A stretch of 32,000 nt of DNA. Origin: Thermus filiformis (GTDB lineage: Bacteria > Deinococcota > Deinococci > Deinococcales > Thermaceae). The stretch's first letter is position 1, and each line of letters begins with the position of its first letter. Made by a program: the position numbers and the translations under genes. Shown piece after piece: positions 31,801 to 32,000 of this stretch. The stretch lies in assembly GCF_000771745.2 (NCBI RefSeq), contig NZ_JPSL02000038.1, positions 100,024 through 132,023 on the forward strand, read 5' to 3'. The notes under the pieces were generated by a model that was not told the origin of the DNA, did not search any database, and saw nothing but the letters and a program-made list of their open reading frames with translations.

Positions 31801-32000
31801 AAAGAGGCGGCCGTTGAGCACGTGGAGGCCCAGGGCGCTCGCCAGGGGCCGGTCCCCCAGCTCGGGCACGGGGTGGGCGTCCCGCAGGAGGTGGAAGAGG
31901 GCCTTCAGGCCCAGCCAGAGGTCCCGGTCCTCCGTGTACGCTTCGGGGTCGTCCACCAGGCGGGCCAGGCGCTCGAGGCCGTACCCCTCCCGGTAGACCT
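28876..32000 (-). CDS. large gamma-class N6-adenine DNA methyltransferase (Eco57I/PglX/type IIG-like), 5' end outside window
   Basis: GSYYTP, motif [13 protein letters not shown] (31390-31425) and motif IV NPPW (30625-30636). The frame remains open upstream of the GTG at 31956 to the window edge. A C-terminal region of about 580 aa could be a target-recognition domain. Confidence 0.88.
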   Translation of the reverse strand, partial: VYREGYGLERLARLVDDPEAYTEDRDLWLGLKALFHLLRDAHPVPELGDRPLASALGLHVLNGRLFEPLALEEEPYAVDNRHLLLGFRHLVYYHDREAGGLQRVNYAALDVEELGSVYESLLDHRPVVLPGAEGPEFAFAGGTERKQTGSYYTPHELVELVLKEALDPVVEERLRGAASQEERERALLSLKVVDPAAGSGHFLLGAARRLGKRLAQVRTGEEEPDPQALRKAVREVVAHCLYAVDKNPLAAELCRVGLWMESQLQGKPLGFLDHRVRHGDSLVGTFSYEDLLRGIPDEAFEPKEGDDKGVARAVKKQNQRERGGDRYLFGGFGEEDFRKALEAFRREMEEIARLSEDTPEGVAEKARRYEALKKSDMWQKMRLAADLWTAAFFQPLRGEGPFITTGAVWDALEGRVDPRLEALATDLAQKVGFFHWWLEFPEVFAQGWFDVVLGNPPWEVVQAGEEEFFAQKDPEIAQASGARRKRLIQELPQRNPRLYEEWLEYVRDLRGFNAFVRESGRFPLSARGKINLYPLFSELARTLTRQGGRAGVVVPTGIATDDTNKFFFAEVAGRGELAALYDFENRQKLFPAVDSRMKFCVLALRKPEGSASEPARFAFFCHSVDDLSDPERLFSLTPEDFRLLNPNTRTAPVFRTRRDAELTKYVYRRVPVLVDEGRGEAGNPWGVEFMQGLFNMTSASHLFHTLQDLEAQGLRLEGNAFVGKDERYLPLYEAKLIHQFDHRWATYAGSDTRDVTEAEKADPRFLVLPRYWVAEKEVEGRLERRDRTVKVVWRWDRGWNMGWRDIARSTDERTFIASVYPRVGAGDTFLQMFPSAPTPLVSVLLANLNALPFDYTVRQKIGGTHLKYHVTKQLPVLPPSAYGPEHLRFVVPRVLELVYTAWDLAPFAQDVWNEAEGPLREAILAQLSGNGGHRDEPPPWLKAPYPFPPFRYDPGRRARLRAELDALYFLLYLGTPEAWAREAPPELRKLFPTPKEAIDYVLDQFPITRRKEEERHGEYRTKRWVLEAWERLLEAGFGEG

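Overview
High-GC (visibly about 65-70%) bacterial DNA with Thermus-like features: GTG/TTG starts, ATGA/GTGA start-stop overlaps, leaderless-type promoters and Pro/Gly/Arg-rich spurious antisense ORFs. All identifications come from reading motifs in the supplied translations; no database search was run.

Layout:
- 1-15.0 kb is mostly housekeeping: M20 peptidase, YbaK deacylase, CoA-transferase, an ABC-2 exporter pair, an SQR-like flavoprotein with a DUF1641 partner, a secreted phosphodiester glycosidase, RtcB RNA ligase interrupted by a 401-aa intein, an FtsB-like protein, a Fur-family regulator and leucyl aminopeptidase.
- 15.0-20.1 kb is an accessory patch. It holds an IS110-family element, a lower-GC fragment of a filamentous (inovirus-like) prophage in gIII-gVI-gI order, and an IS630-family element flanked by TA.
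- 20.1-23.7 kb is a cobalamin salvage cluster (cobD, then a fused cobQ-cobU) with an MNT/HEPN toxin-antitoxin pair inserted.
- 23.9-32.0 kb on the minus strand is the most interesting part. A gamma-class N6-adenine DNA methyltransferase of more than 1026 aa (its 5' end lies outside the window) is tightly coupled to a 1650-aa SF2 DExH helicase. That helicase carries DUF1998/MrfA-type zinc modules and a C-terminal Vsr/DUF559-like endonuclease.

I read this pair as an unclassified DISARM/Druantia-like defence module.

Other points:
- a dispersed GCAA-loop hairpin repeat family;
- a promoter-plus-terminator leader in front of rtcB;
- a candidate IS110 bridge-RNA region;
- a paired GC-rich hairpin structure inside the phage fragment;
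- a Zot gene whose expected transmembrane helix sits in another reading frame.

No rRNA, tRNA or CRISPR array was seen.
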